DNA of 64,000 nt from contig CAXXVK010000072.1 in NCBI GenBank assembly GCA_963676915.2, forward strand, positions 160,001 through 224,000, written 5' to 3'. Source of the stretch: Myxococcota bacterium (GTDB lineage Bacteria > Myxococcota_A > SURF-8 > G963663525). The notes under the pieces were generated by a model. The model saw only the letters and a list, made by a program, of their open reading frames with translations. It searched no databases and was not told the origin of the DNA. Below are positions 10,401-20,734 of this stretch, piece after piece (position 1 is the stretch's first letter; each line of letters opens with the position of its first letter). The position numbers and the translations under genes were made by a program.

Positions 10401-11126
10401 GGTTTTTATTGAAAAGGAAAAAGGAGGGAAATGTAATGTTTTTTCACTTTTTAATCGAACCGTTGAAAGTCATTTGTAATTATTGTCGACAAAAGTCTCA
10501 TGGCGAAGAAATCTCACTCAAACGAGCAAGTTTTGAACGGAGCAGCCTTAAAAGGGCTGGTAATGTATTTATAAAAGCTTACCATATTCTAATTTGGGAC
10601 TGGATGTTAATTTTTTACCTATGAAACCTGTTTGTAAAATGTGTGCCGATGAATGATGCAAAAAGTAACCGTTGAAATATTTTTATGGATTATGTTTGGA
10701 ATAATAAACGCTATGCGTTATTATAAAAATGAAAAGGGAGTTGACGAAGCACGTTCAGCTATAGGTCATTCAGCAGTCTACTTACACATCTTTGTGCAAC
10801 ATGGCAGTTCTTTGTTCCAAGTGTTTCCGAACTTTTAATAACACTAAGGACGGTGTAAAGTGTATTCGGAAGCGAATCATTTTTGCGTAAGGGTGTACGT
10901 GTGTCTGCAAATGAAACCATATAGAAATTTTTCTATTTCAAAGGCAAGTTTCGGGTTGATTGGAAACGGGACTATTTTGATGAACGTTTCTCGTATTATC
11001 GATGGGGTAAAGAAACGGACTCGGATGAAAGTTTTTTTAGATATCTAAGGTCAGGATTGAAAAGAAAAGAAACGGAAATCAGCAAAAAGTATAAAATTTA
11101 ATGGTTACATGAAAAAGGGGTAAATC

Positions 11127-12104
11127 ATGACAACCAAAGAAGAAACCACAAAAAAAGAATCGTTCGAGACCCGGTTTGAAAGGACGATTTTTCAATCTAT
11201 TAACCGAATATTCAAAGAACGCATCCATTGTGAAACTCTTAAAGAACTGAGCGAAACATGTTTGAGTGTTGCGGAAGAGTTGACCGGATCGAAATTTGGT
11301 TGGATAGGAGAACTGAATCCGGTCGGAAAGCTCGATACCATCGCCATTAGCAATCCAGGTTGGGATGCGTGCAATATGCCGGAGTCCGATGCTACTATCA
11401 TGATTTCAAATATGGAGTTGCGAGGACTTTGGGCCAGTGTGATTCACAATGGCCAATCCATGTACACCAATGACCCAATGGATCATCCCGATTCGGTCGG
11501 CATCCCGGAAGGTCATCCTCCTCTTACGTCATTCCTGGGAGTTCCTTTGAAAAAAGGGGATCAGGTTGTTGGAATGATTTCTTTGGGCAACAAGGAGGGA
11601 GGATACGACGATAGCGATATTTATTCTATGGAACGTCTCGCTGTGGCAGTGAATGAAGCTATCCACTCCAAGCGCTCTGAATTGAAAATTGCGCGTCAAA
11701 CTCAGGAGTTATTAGAAATTTCAACTCCGGTTTTGCAAATTTGGGATGGAATGGTGGTTGCGCCGTTGATCGGCACGCTGGATAGTCAAAGGACACAGCA
11801 CTTTATGGAACGACTTCTTCAGTCCATTGTTGATTATCAAGCTCCTATCGCACTGGTTGATATTACCGGTGTTCCTACCGTGGACACGCAAACCGCTCAT
11901 CATCTCATTGAAACTGTCAGTGCGGCGAAATTGCTTGGAGCAAAAGTCATTCTTACCGGAATCAGTCCCGAAATAGCACAGACCCTTATTCATTTGGGAA
12001 TAGATTTATCAAGCATTGATACGCGATCTTCGTTGGCTAGTGGGCTGATCATGGCTCTCGAAAAGATGAACATGATGATTGTCGACAAAAAAAAGCAGCT
12101 GTAA
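11127..12104 (+). CDS. rsbR: Stressosome RsbR-like sensor (GAF + STAS)
   Basis: GAF domain, then ELLEISTPVLQIWDG...PLIGTLDSQR...DITGVPTVDT STAS domain. Confidence 0.88.
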   Translation: MTTKEETTKKESFETRFERTIFQSINRIFKERIHCETLKELSETCLSVAEELTGSKFGWIGELNPVGKLDTIAISNPGWDACNMPESDATIMISNMELRGLWASVIHNGQSMYTNDPMDHPDSVGIPEGHPPLTSFLGVPLKKGDQVVGMISLGNKEGGYDDSDIYSMERLAVAVNEAIHSKRSELKIARQTQELLEISTPVLQIWDGMVVAPLIGTLDSQRTQHFMERLLQSIVDYQAPIALVDITGVPTVDTQTAHHLIETVSAAKLLGAKVILTGISPEIAQTLIHLGIDLSSIDTRSSLASGLIMALEKMNMMIVDKKKQL

Positions 12105-12146
12105 GCGAAATTTTATATTTGCACGTCCACAGAAAGGGTAAATGCC

Positions 12147-13490
12147 ATGATAATCAACGATGAATCTACCCAATCCAAAGACAGTATGAACAAACTTCAG
12201 GGAATCAAAGAGATCATTCGGAGATTTCCCGAAGTGATTTACGTCGCCGATCCCAAAACTTACGAGGTAATCCTTGTTAATGATCTTTTCGCTCAAGCTA
12301 TCGGGGAGGATCCGGTCGGAAAAAAATGTTACAAAGCGTTTCAGAATTTGGATGAACCATGCCCGTTTTGTACGAACGATATCATCGCGAAAAGCGATGA
12401 ACCCTATATATGGGAGTTTTACAACGAGAACTTAGATCGTCATTATTACATTTCCGATCAGATGGTTCCGTGGCCGGACGGGCGAAACGTTCGTTTCGAA
12501 GTCGCCATCGATATCACTGAAAAAGTGAAGGCGACGCAGGAGCGCAATAAAAATGCGTTGCAACTTCAGGAGCGAATCAAAGAACTTCATTGCATGACAT
12601 CGATTTCTTTGTTGCTGGCCGATGTGGAGACGGATTTCGACCAGGCGATGCAGCACATCGTCGATCTAATCCCCGAGTCCTGGCAATTTCCGGAACGAAC
12701 CAGTGCAAAAATCACTTTCGACGGTCAAACATTTTCATCTTCAAACCTGAAAGAAGGAGAAATTCGACAGATCGTGAAAATCGTCCTTCCGGATGAGGAG
12801 CGTAATGGCAAAATCGAAGTTTTCTACCATGATGAGAGAGAATCGGTTGTCGGTGAACCCTTTTTGAAAGAAGAAGAAGTTCTTCTAAAATCTATTGCTC
12901 GCGAGATTCGAAAATTCATACTTCGCAAAAGGGATCTGGAAGAACTTGTGCAACACAAGGAAAAACTGGAAATGTTGGTATCAAAACGTACCGCAGATTT
13001 GCAACGTGCCAACAACAAAATTGAATTGGAAATGTCTGAAAGCAATCGTAGAGCGGACATAATCAAGCAGCAGGCGGAGGATATTCTTGAGTTATCCACT
13101 CCGGTGATGCAGGTTTGGGATGGTGTGTTGCTGGCCCCGTTAATTGGAAATCTCGATAGCCGACGAGCCCAAAATTTCATGGAAGTACTGCTCAATTCCG
13201 TAGCAAAAGATAATGCCGAAGTCGCTATTATCGATATTACGGGAGTGGGTATCATCGACACGGAAACAGGACGAAACGTTTTAGAAACCATTTCTGCTAT
13301 TGGCCTTCTGGGGGCGCAGGTGATCTTAACCGGAGTACGAGCTACGGTTGCACAGACTCTTGTTCACCTCGGTGTGGATTTATCTGCGATTGAAACGTGT
13401 TCATCTCTTAAGTCGGGATTGCAGTTGGCTTTGTCGAAGCGAATGAAAAACGGTGCTTCGAGAATAGCTGGAGGTAAAGATGTTGGTTGA
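12147..13490 (+). CDS. rsbR: Second RsbR-like sensor (Cys-motif PAS + GAF-like + STAS)
   Basis: GKKCY...EPCPFC PAS; ELSTPVMQVWDG...PLIGNLDS...DITGV..IDT STAS. Confidence 0.85.
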   Translation: MIINDESTQSKDSMNKLQGIKEIIRRFPEVIYVADPKTYEVILVNDLFAQAIGEDPVGKKCYKAFQNLDEPCPFCTNDIIAKSDEPYIWEFYNENLDRHYYISDQMVPWPDGRNVRFEVAIDITEKVKATQERNKNALQLQERIKELHCMTSISLLLADVETDFDQAMQHIVDLIPESWQFPERTSAKITFDGQTFSSSNLKEGEIRQIVKIVLPDEERNGKIEVFYHDERESVVGEPFLKEEEVLLKSIAREIRKFILRKRDLEELVQHKEKLEMLVSKRTADLQRANNKIELEMSESNRRADIIKQQAEDILELSTPVMQVWDGVLLAPLIGNLDSRRAQNFMEVLLNSVAKDNAEVAIIDITGVGIIDTETGRNVLETISAIGLLGAQVILTGVRATVAQTLVHLGVDLSAIETCSSLKSGLQLALSKRMKNGASRIAGGKDVG

Positions 13491-13857
13491 GAACATATCC
13501 GTAATTCGTGTCAGAGATAAATTGTTGGTGACGGTACCTGCCGATCCGGACGATCAGACCATTTCCTTGCTTCAGGAAAAGGTGCTCGGAGCTATGGAGC
13601 GATCCGAAGCGCTCGGTTTGATACTGGACGTATCAATGGTTGAAACATTGGATTCCTATTTTGCGAGAACCATCGTGGAAACTTCCGACATGGTTTCCAT
13701 GATGGGCGGGGTTACCGTGATTGCCGGGATGCAGCCAATGGTCGCGATAACCGTGACGCAGCTCGGCCTTTCGTTGGGGCGAACGCAGTCTGCACTTGAT
13801 GTGGATCGTGCACTTGATCTACTCGACGAAATAAACAGCGGAGTTCGTAATGGTTAG
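13480..13857 (+). CDS. rsbS: RsbS anti-anti-sigma-type STAS protein
   Basis: LDVSMVETLDSYFAR (phospho-Ser motif), AGMQPMVAITVTQLGL. Confidence 0.9.
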   Translation: MLVENISVIRVRDKLLVTVPADPDDQTISLLQEKVLGAMERSEALGLILDVSMVETLDSYFARTIVETSDMVSMMGGVTVIAGMQPMVAITVTQLGLSLGRTQSALDVDRALDLLDEINSGVRNG

Positions 13858-14288
13858 ACAAGTAAATGGTGATGTTAATATCACGAATGAAATGGATATT
13901 ATCACCGCACGCAAAGTAGTGCGAAATGTGGCCGCTGAAATTGGTTTCAGTCTGACCGATGTCACACGAATCGTAACGTCGGCTTCGGAATTGGCCCGTA
14001 ATATCGTGACATATGCGGATAGCGGTGTGATGACCTGGCGGAAAATACACTCGCTAGATGGGCAGGGCATTGAAATTATTTTCACGGATAAAGGTCCGGG
14101 GATTGAAAACCTGGAAGATGCGAAAACCCCTGGTTTTTTCTACAGGCAAAGGGCTGGGTATGGGGATATCCGGTGCCAAGAGACTGATGGGAGAGATGGA
14201 AATCGAATCTGAAATAGGTATGGGTACGAAAGTCACCGTACGAAAATGGGCCAAGAGGTACAACGTTGAACGAACAGCAGGTGCTTAA
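13850..14288 (+). CDS. rsbT: RsbT Ser/Thr kinase, split by a +1 T in a T6 run at 14134-14139
   Basis: SELARNIVTYA, DKGPGI in one frame; removing one T restores GFSTGKGLGMGISGAKRLM...GTKVTVRKW. Confidence 0.85.
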
Positions 14289-15288
14289 AATAAACGTCCG
14301 AGGGGGAGAGGATACACTTAGAGCACCGCGTCTTGCGTCCGAGTTTTTAGAACGTTGTTTGTCCTTGAAAAAAAACAGGGACGAAATGCAGTTGGTGATT
14401 GTTGAACTGGCGACGAATTTGGAGAAACATGCCAAAGGTGGAGTTTTGATATTAAAAGAAATCCAGGAAAGTGACGAGAAAGGAGTGTTGATTCAGTCGT
14501 TGGATTGGGGACCGGGTATTGCCGATGTGAACGAAGCGATGAGAGATCGGTTTTCCACTTCCGGGAGTTTGGGTTTGGGACTTGGGACCGTCAATCGCCT
14601 GATGGACGAGATAAGAATTGAACCGAGGGCCAAAAACGGACAAGGAACGGTCATTACCTGTAAAAAATTGGATAGTGGAGTACAGGAGAGTTCGATAAGA
14701 TCTCCGTTACAAATCGGCGCAGCGAGCAGACCGCATCCCAATATGAGACAAAACGGTGATTCTTTTGTTGTAAAATCGACCAAAGATACAGCTTTTTTTG
14801 CAGTTATTGACGGATTGGGACATGGACAGTTTGCTCATCGAGCTTCGCATAAGGCACGATTGTATCTGGAAAACCATTACAAGGGATCTTTCAACGAAAT
14901 ATTCCGTGGAGTTGGGTATGAATGCCGTTCGACTCGAGGTGTGGTCATGAGCGCTGCACGAATAGACTGGAAAAGCAAAAAGCTATCTTTGGCTTCTATC
15001 GGTAATGTGGAAACAAAGATTTACGGCTCTTTAGCACCAGTCCGCATACCAACGAGGCGTGGAATTCTTGGCCAAGGATATCCTAAACCGAAAATTATCG
15101 AACAAGATTGGGATCCTATGATGCAGATCGTGATGTTTTCCGACGGATTGTCCTCTCATTGGCATGAAGAAGACGTGCAAAGGCTTTCTATGGAATCGGC
15201 ACAGAAAAGTGCGGCACATTTTTTAAGAAAATATGCCAAAGACAGCGATGATGCAACGATATTGATAGCCAAAACGAAAAAGTCATGA
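14266..15288 (+). CDS. rsbX: RsbT-like ATPase fused to an RsbX/SpoIIE PP2C phosphatase
   Basis: ELATNLEKHA, DWGPGI, GSLGLGLG, then NGD, VIDGLGHG, FSDGL, DDATIL. Confidence 0.85.
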   Translation: MNEQQVLKINVRGGEDTLRAPRLASEFLERCLSLKKNRDEMQLVIVELATNLEKHAKGGVLILKEIQESDEKGVLIQSLDWGPGIADVNEAMRDRFSTSGSLGLGLGTVNRLMDEIRIEPRAKNGQGTVITCKKLDSGVQESSIRSPLQIGAASRPHPNMRQNGDSFVVKSTKDTAFFAVIDGLGHGQFAHRASHKARLYLENHYKGSFNEIFRGVGYECRSTRGVVMSAARIDWKSKKLSLASIGNVETKIYGSLAPVRIPTRRGILGQGYPKPKIIEQDWDPMMQIVMFSDGLSSHWHEEDVQRLSMESAQKSAAHFLRKYAKDSDDATILIAKTKKS

Positions 15289-16178
15289 CAGAAAGAAAAT
15301 TACAAGAAGAGATTTCGTTTCTACGCCAACAGAACCACGATCTTATGGAAGAGTTGGAACGTACGAATCATGATTTGATGGAATTTGCACTCGTGCTTGA
15401 TGCCAAGGTGGAAGAGAAAACGAAAACCATCATGGAAATCAACAGTCAGCTCGAAAAACGAGTCGCTCAGCGAACCCATGAACTTGAGGTGGCGAATAAA
15501 GAACTCGAAGCGTTTGCTTATTCGGTATCACATGATTTGCGTGCTCCATTGCGGGCTATCGACGGATTCAGTCAGGCAATTATCGAAGATTTCTCGGATT
15601 CCTTCGATGATACGGCGAAGCTATATTTCGAGCGCATTCGAAAAGCAACCTTGAATATGGCAAGTCTGATCGATGATTTGCTGGAGTTGTCACGTATCAC
15701 GCGATCTGAGTTCAATGTCAGTGCAATCGATCTCGTTGCTTTGGCAAATGAGACGATCAAACTTTTACACCTGACGGAGCCGGAGAGAAAATACACTTTC
15801 CTTTGCCCTGAACGATTGGTTGTACAAGCAGACCTTGGACTCATGAGCATTGCGCTGAACAACCTGATTGGAAATGCCTGGAAATACACTTCCAAAACGG
15901 AAAGAAGTGTCATCGAATTCGGTACTATTGAGCAGAACGGCAAACCTCTGTATTTTATTAAAGACAATGGGGTGGGCTTCAATAACAAGTATGTGAAAAC
16001 CTTGTTTCAACCTTTTCAGCGCTTACATCCAAGCTCGGAGTTCGAAGGAACCGGAGTTGGTTTGGCAACCGTAAGTCGGGTTATTCAAAGACACAACGGA
16101 GAAATATGGGGAGAAGGCGAAGAAGGAAAAGGTGCGACCTTTTTCTTTACATTGGGTACTCGGTCGGAGGTTTTATAA
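15285..16178 (+). CDS. Sensor-less histidine kinase (coiled coil + HisKA + HATPase)
   Basis: FAYSVSHDLRAPLR, NLIGNAWKY, DNGVGF, FEGTGVGL. Confidence 0.92.
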   Translation: MTERKLQEEISFLRQQNHDLMEELERTNHDLMEFALVLDAKVEEKTKTIMEINSQLEKRVAQRTHELEVANKELEAFAYSVSHDLRAPLRAIDGFSQAIIEDFSDSFDDTAKLYFERIRKATLNMASLIDDLLELSRITRSEFNVSAIDLVALANETIKLLHLTEPERKYTFLCPERLVVQADLGLMSIALNNLIGNAWKYTSKTERSVIEFGTIEQNGKPLYFIKDNGVGFNNKYVKTLFQPFQRLHPSSEFEGTGVGLATVSRVIQRHNGEIWGEGEEGKGATFFFTLGTRSEVL

Positions 16179-16630
16179 TGAATGCTTTTAAGAGAAATAT
16201 TATTTTTTTAGTCGAAGACAATCCTGACGATGAAATTCTCACTCGTCGTGCCCTGAAAAGTAACAATCTTATCAACGAAATAGTAGTGGCACATGATGGA
16301 CAGGAAGCCATCGATTACCTATCCAATGAAAAGCCTTACGATAAAGGTCGCTTAACAGATTTTATCGCTTTTATTTTGCTGGATTTGAAACTACCGAAAA
16401 TCGGTGGTTTGGAAGTGTTGAAATTTGTCAGGTCCAACCCTGAAACAAAATTGACTCCGGTAATCATCCTAACATCTTCCAAAGAGGAAAGTGATATTGC
16501 GGAAAGTTATCGATTAGGAGCCAATAGTTATGTGCAAAAACCCGTCAGTTTCGCAAAGTTTACTGAATCGGTAAAACTGATGGGAGAGTATTGGTTGATA
16601 TTGAATGAATCTTGCTATCGGGATTTGTAA
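16178..16630 (+). CDS. Single-domain response regulator (Rcp1-like)
   Basis: LVEDNPDD, LLDLKLPK, LTSS, GANSYVQKP; ATG overlaps the kinase stop (TAATG). Confidence 0.9.
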   Translation: MNAFKRNIIFLVEDNPDDEILTRRALKSNNLINEIVVAHDGQEAIDYLSNEKPYDKGRLTDFIAFILLDLKLPKIGGLEVLKFVRSNPETKLTPVIILTSSKEESDIAESYRLGANSYVQKPVSFAKFTESVKLMGEYWLILNESCYRDL

Positions 16631-19600
16631 ATGAAAGAAACACTTAACATCCTGTTTGTTGAAGATTCAGAAACGGACGAACTTCTCTTTCTACGGGAAC
16701 TAAGTAAGGATGGTTTTCACGTAGAGTCTTTTCGTGTACAAACTCGTAACGAACTATTTCACGTTTTACAAGAAGATAAATGGGATCTGATTGTTATCGA
16801 TTATGTCGTCCCGGGCTTCGACGGACTGGAAGCTTTGAAAATCTGTACCGAAAAGAAACCGTTTCTCCCTATTATCTCAACAAGTGGAATCGTTAACGAA
16901 AGTGTCATTGTAGAAACCTTGCAATCCGGTGCTTACGATTATGTGTTGAAATCCAACCTCAAAAGAATTCCATCCGTTGTTAAACGAGCCTTGGAAAACG
17001 CGGAAATTCGTAAAAAAAGTGCACGGAACGAAGAAGAAAACATTCGCCTGCAACACGAATTGAAGCTGAAATATGAGATTGCGGAAATCTGCTTGTCAAC
17101 ACCGGAAAAGGATATGTACTCCGCAGTGCTGAAAATTGTGTTGAAAGAACTCAATAGTCCTTTCGGAGTATTTGGTTACGTCAACGACAGAAACTCGCTC
17201 GTATGCCCGTCGATGTCCCATGAGGTATGGGAACGCTGCAAGATGCCGAAGAAAGAGATAGAGTTCCCCAAGAGAAGTTGGAGTGGAATTTGGGGAAAGG
17301 CGTTGGCTGAAAAAAGGATTACTTTAAAAAACGAACCTGGCAAGGTTCCAGATGGTCATATTCCGATTACAAGATCACTCAATGTACCTGTTGTCTTTAA
17401 AGGCAACGTTATTGGTTTGTTTATGGTAGCGAATAAAGAAACCGACTATTCGCAAGCCGACACGTTATTGCTGGAAATGATTTCAAAACATATTTCACCA
17501 ATTCTGCAATCCAGACTTGAGATGGCCAGAGAATTGTATCGCCGTAAAAGGGCGGAGAAACGTTTTGCTCTCGCAATCAGGGGAGCAAATGACGGAGTTT
17601 GGGATTGGGATTTGCGAACGGATGAAATGTATTTTTCACCTCGTTGGAAAGAAATGATCGGCTATCGTGATGACGAATTAGAGAGTCGAATGGAGGTTTG
17701 GGAAGAACGCATCCATCCACAAGATCTGGAACATGTTCGGGGAGCAATTCAATCGTGCATATATGGGGAAGTAGAACGATTTACGCAAGAACACAGAATA
17801 CGACACAAAAATGGGGATTATCGATGGATTCTTATTTGTGGCGCATGTGAAAGGGACGATTTAGGAAAGCCGGTATTACTGGCAGGATCTTATACGGATA
17901 TTACTGAGAAAAAAACGGCAGAGCAGGAACGCAGTCGGCTTTATGAAGAAGCTCGACAAAAAGCGCATGATATGAGTTCGTTACTAAATGGAGCCAAGAA
18001 TGTTTTAGAAAAAGATGATTTTCGAGTGATTGCCAGACAATTATTCGATGAGGCGTGCGAGAATACAGGTGCTACTTCCGGGTACGTTGCATTACTAAGT
18101 GAAGATGGAGAGGAAAACGAAGTATTGTTTCTGGAATCAGGAGGATTGCCTTGCGATGTAGATCCTGGTTTGCCGATGCCTGTTCGAGGGTTGCGTGGTG
18201 AGGTTTATCGGTCCGGAAAAGTAGTCTGCCACAACGATTTTACGAATAGCGAATGGCAAAAGTTCCTACCCCAAGGACATGTTTCACTGAAAAACGTCCT
18301 GTTTGCTCCTCTAAATGTAGGGAAAAGAACTATAGGGATAATAGGGTTGGCCAACAAGGCTTCCGACTTCACAAAACGGGATTTGAGTATTGCAGCAGGA
18401 TTTGGGGAGCTGGCAGCTATTGCGCTCAAAAACTGGAAAATCCACGAAGCATTACGGAAAAGCGAAGAACAGCATCGCTTGTTGGCCGAAAATACGTCCG
18501 ATGTAATCTGGATGATGGGTCTTGATACTACCTTGACCTATGTGAATCCTGCCATACAGAAGAAGTTTGGGTTTTCACCGGAGGAGTTTATTGGAACTCG
18601 CCTTGGTAGCCATACGGACCCAAAAAATTTGCATATTATAAATAAGGCGCTCAAGGATAGTTTAACCAGGTCTCCAAATTACAAGACAATAACGTTCGAG
18701 TCTGAAATGTTTAGAAGCGATAAAACGTCGGTTCCTGTTGAAATATCCGCGAAAATCATTTCGGACGATGTTGGAGAACCCATAGCGCTGCAAGGCGTAA
18801 TTCGAGATATAACCGACAGAAAAAAAGCGGAAAAAGAAATTCTTGAACATCAGGAGCAATTGGAAAGAAAAGTAGAGGAACGCACTGTTGATTTGAAAAA
18901 AGCGCTTCAGCAGACCGAAGAATCACGAGAACGCATCGACACGATTTTAAAATCCGTAGCGGATGGATTGATCGTAACGGATAAGCACAATCATGTGTTG
19001 TTGATGAACCGAGCTGCAGAGGATATTTTGGGAATTCGTTTTAGTGATGTACTCAATCGTTCTATCGAGTACGCTATAGATGACAATACTCTTCGAGAAA
19101 AAATTATTACTACATTGGGTAAACAGCAAACCGGGTACGAATTCCACTTCACGCATGAAGACCCGGATACCCGGATAACCAAAACCATGCGTGCACGAAC
19201 CTCGGTCGTGCCGGATCATTTCGGGGGAATCAGCGGGATTGTAACCATTTTGCAGGATATTACCAAAGAACATGAAATCGACCGTATGAAAACGGAATTT
19301 ATATCCACAGCGGCTCACGAGTTGCGCACGCCGTTGACATCTATTCGTGGTTTTTCAGAAATATTGATGATTCGAGACAATATTCCAAAAGAAGAGAAAA
19401 ATAAATACCTTGGGCATATTCATAAACAATCGATTGGCTTGTCAAACATTATCAACGATCTGCTCGATATTTCTCGGATTGAATCAGGACGGGGATTTTC
19501 CCTGGATAAAAAACTTTGTGATGGTCAAACTGCGATAAAAAATGTTTTGCCGCATTTCAAAGAAGTTAGTCCAAAACATACATTTGTGGCAAAATTACAT

Positions 19601-19975
19601 GAAAAACCCGTTGAGCTATGGGTTGATGTCGAGAAAATGGAACAGGTTCTACGCAATCTTCTGAGCAATGCCGTCAAATATTCACCCAATGGGGGAACAA
19701 TAACCGTTAGTACGTGCTTGGATCAAAATGAGGATGAAGAAAATAAAGAATACTTTGTCATGTCCATTCAAGACGAGGGAATGGGTATGACACAGAACCA
19801 AGTTTCTCGTATTTTTGAGAAATTTTATCGAGCGGATGCTTCAAATACTGCGATTGAAGGGACAGGGTTAGGTATGAGTATTGTGAGGCACCTTGTGAAG
19901 GCTCATGACGGGAAAATAACAATCTCGAGTGAAAAAGGCACAGGAACGACCGTAAATATTTATTTGCCTTTATAG
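16631..19975 (+). CDS. Hybrid histidine kinase REC-GAF-PAS-GAF-PAS-PAS-HisKA-HATPase
   Basis: N-terminal REC (VEDS, IDY, YVLK), GVWDWD PAS, AAHELRTPL, NAVKYS, GTGLGM. Confidence 0.9.
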   Translation: MKETLNILFVEDSETDELLFLRELSKDGFHVESFRVQTRNELFHVLQEDKWDLIVIDYVVPGFDGLEALKICTEKKPFLPIISTSGIVNESVIVETLQSGAYDYVLKSNLKRIPSVVKRALENAEIRKKSARNEEENIRLQHELKLKYEIAEICLSTPEKDMYSAVLKIVLKELNSPFGVFGYVNDRNSLVCPSMSHEVWERCKMPKKEIEFPKRSWSGIWGKALAEKRITLKNEPGKVPDGHIPITRSLNVPVVFKGNVIGLFMVANKETDYSQADTLLLEMISKHISPILQSRLEMARELYRRKRAEKRFALAIRGANDGVWDWDLRTDEMYFSPRWKEMIGYRDDELESRMEVWEERIHPQDLEHVRGAIQSCIYGEVERFTQEHRIRHKNGDYRWILICGACERDDLGKPVLLAGSYTDITEKKTAEQERSRLYEEARQKAHDMSSLLNGAKNVLEKDDFRVIARQLFDEACENTGATSGYVALLSEDGEENEVLFLESGGLPCDVDPGLPMPVRGLRGEVYRSGKVVCHNDFTNSEWQKFLPQGHVSLKNVLFAPLNVGKRTIGIIGLANKASDFTKRDLSIAAGFGELAAIALKNWKIHEALRKSEEQHRLLAENTSDVIWMMGLDTTLTYVNPAIQKKFGFSPEEFIGTRLGSHTDPKNLHIINKALKDSLTRSPNYKTITFESEMFRSDKTSVPVEISAKIISDDVGEPIALQGVIRDITDRKKAEKEILEHQEQLERKVEERTVDLKKALQQTEESRERIDTILKSVADGLIVTDKHNHVLLMNRAAEDILGIRFSDVLNRSIEYAIDDNTLREKIITTLGKQQTGYEFHFTHEDPDTRITKTMRARTSVVPDHFGGISGIVTILQDITKEHEIDRMKTEFISTAAHELRTPLTSIRGFSEILMIRDNIPKEEKNKYLGHIHKQSIGLSNIINDLLDISRIESGRGFSLDKKLCDGQTAIKNVLPHFKEVSPKHTFVAKLHEKPVELWVDVEKMEQVLRNLLSNAVKYSPNGGTITVSTCLDQNEDEENKEYFVMSIQDEGMGMTQNQVSRIFEKFYRADASNTAIEGTGLGMSIVRHLVKAHDGKITISSEKGTGTTVNIYLPL

Positions 19976-19998
19976 AAAAGGCGATATTCTGGAGTTGT

Positions 19999-20370
19999 TT
20001 GATGAAAACCATACTTGTAGTTGATGATCGGGCGGAGATCCGTGAAATTGTAAAAGTAACCTTGAGTATTGAGGATTTTACGATTTTAGAGGCAAAGAAC
20101 GGTGATGAAGCCGTGCGGCTGGCAAGATTGCACAAACCGGACTTGATTATTATGGATTTGATGATGCCAGGTACTATCGATGGTCTCAAAGCAACAAAAA
20201 TCATCAAAGCCGACAATCGTTTGAATGCATGTAAAATTATCATTCTGACTGCTAGAAATCAAAAAGAAGATGAGGAAGCCATTGCCCAAGTGGGAGCCGA
20301 TGATTATTTCATTAAGCCGTTTAGTCCGTTGGAATTGATGAATAAGGTGGATCAGATATTGTCAGAATAG
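19999..20370 (+). CDS. Single-domain response regulator
   Basis: VVDD, MDLMMP, LTA, KPFSP. Confidence 0.9.
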   Translation: MMKTILVVDDRAEIREIVKVTLSIEDFTILEAKNGDEAVRLARLHKPDLIIMDLMMPGTIDGLKATKIIKADNRLNACKIIILTARNQKEDEEAIAQVGADDYFIKPFSPLELMNKVDQILSE

Positions 20371-20717
20371 AGCGAAAGATCCATTTAAATGACAGAAATG
20401 CGTTTGTGACATGGAGGGAGAAACGGAAGTCATGTCAAAAAAGTCGACTTCAAAAAGACAAGGTGTGGACCGTATATGCCGAAAAAATGACGATAGTCCT
20501 GTTTGAATTGGTCGCAAATTGTGAAGTTTTATCCCTGTATTTGTTTGTCTACGACCTAAAAGTGTTAAAATTTAGGGAGAATAGGAAATAAATAAAGGAA
20601 AAAACGAAGAAATTTAAATACCAGAATTTACCAAAAATACTGTAAATATTCGATAAGACAACAAAAAACTGCCATTTCGTAATCTTCTTACTCTCTTTCT
20701 AAAGAAACTCCCAAATC

Positions 20718-20734
20718 CTTAGGACTCTCTTAAG
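20718..20734 (+). promoter_or_regulatory. Possible OmpR/PhoB-family direct-repeat box
   Basis: CTTAGG-ACTCT-CTTAAG, an 11-bp periodicity, about 140 bp upstream of the Cthe_2159/VTC operon. Confidence 0.3.

Noticed and set aside
10409-11048. Three short ORFs upstream of rsbR
   Set aside because: AT-rich intergenic sequence with no motifs or convincing RBS.
14134-14139. Programmed frameshift in rsbT
   Set aside because: A single extra T in a T6 run with no stimulatory structure seen; other similar indels in the window point to sequencing error.
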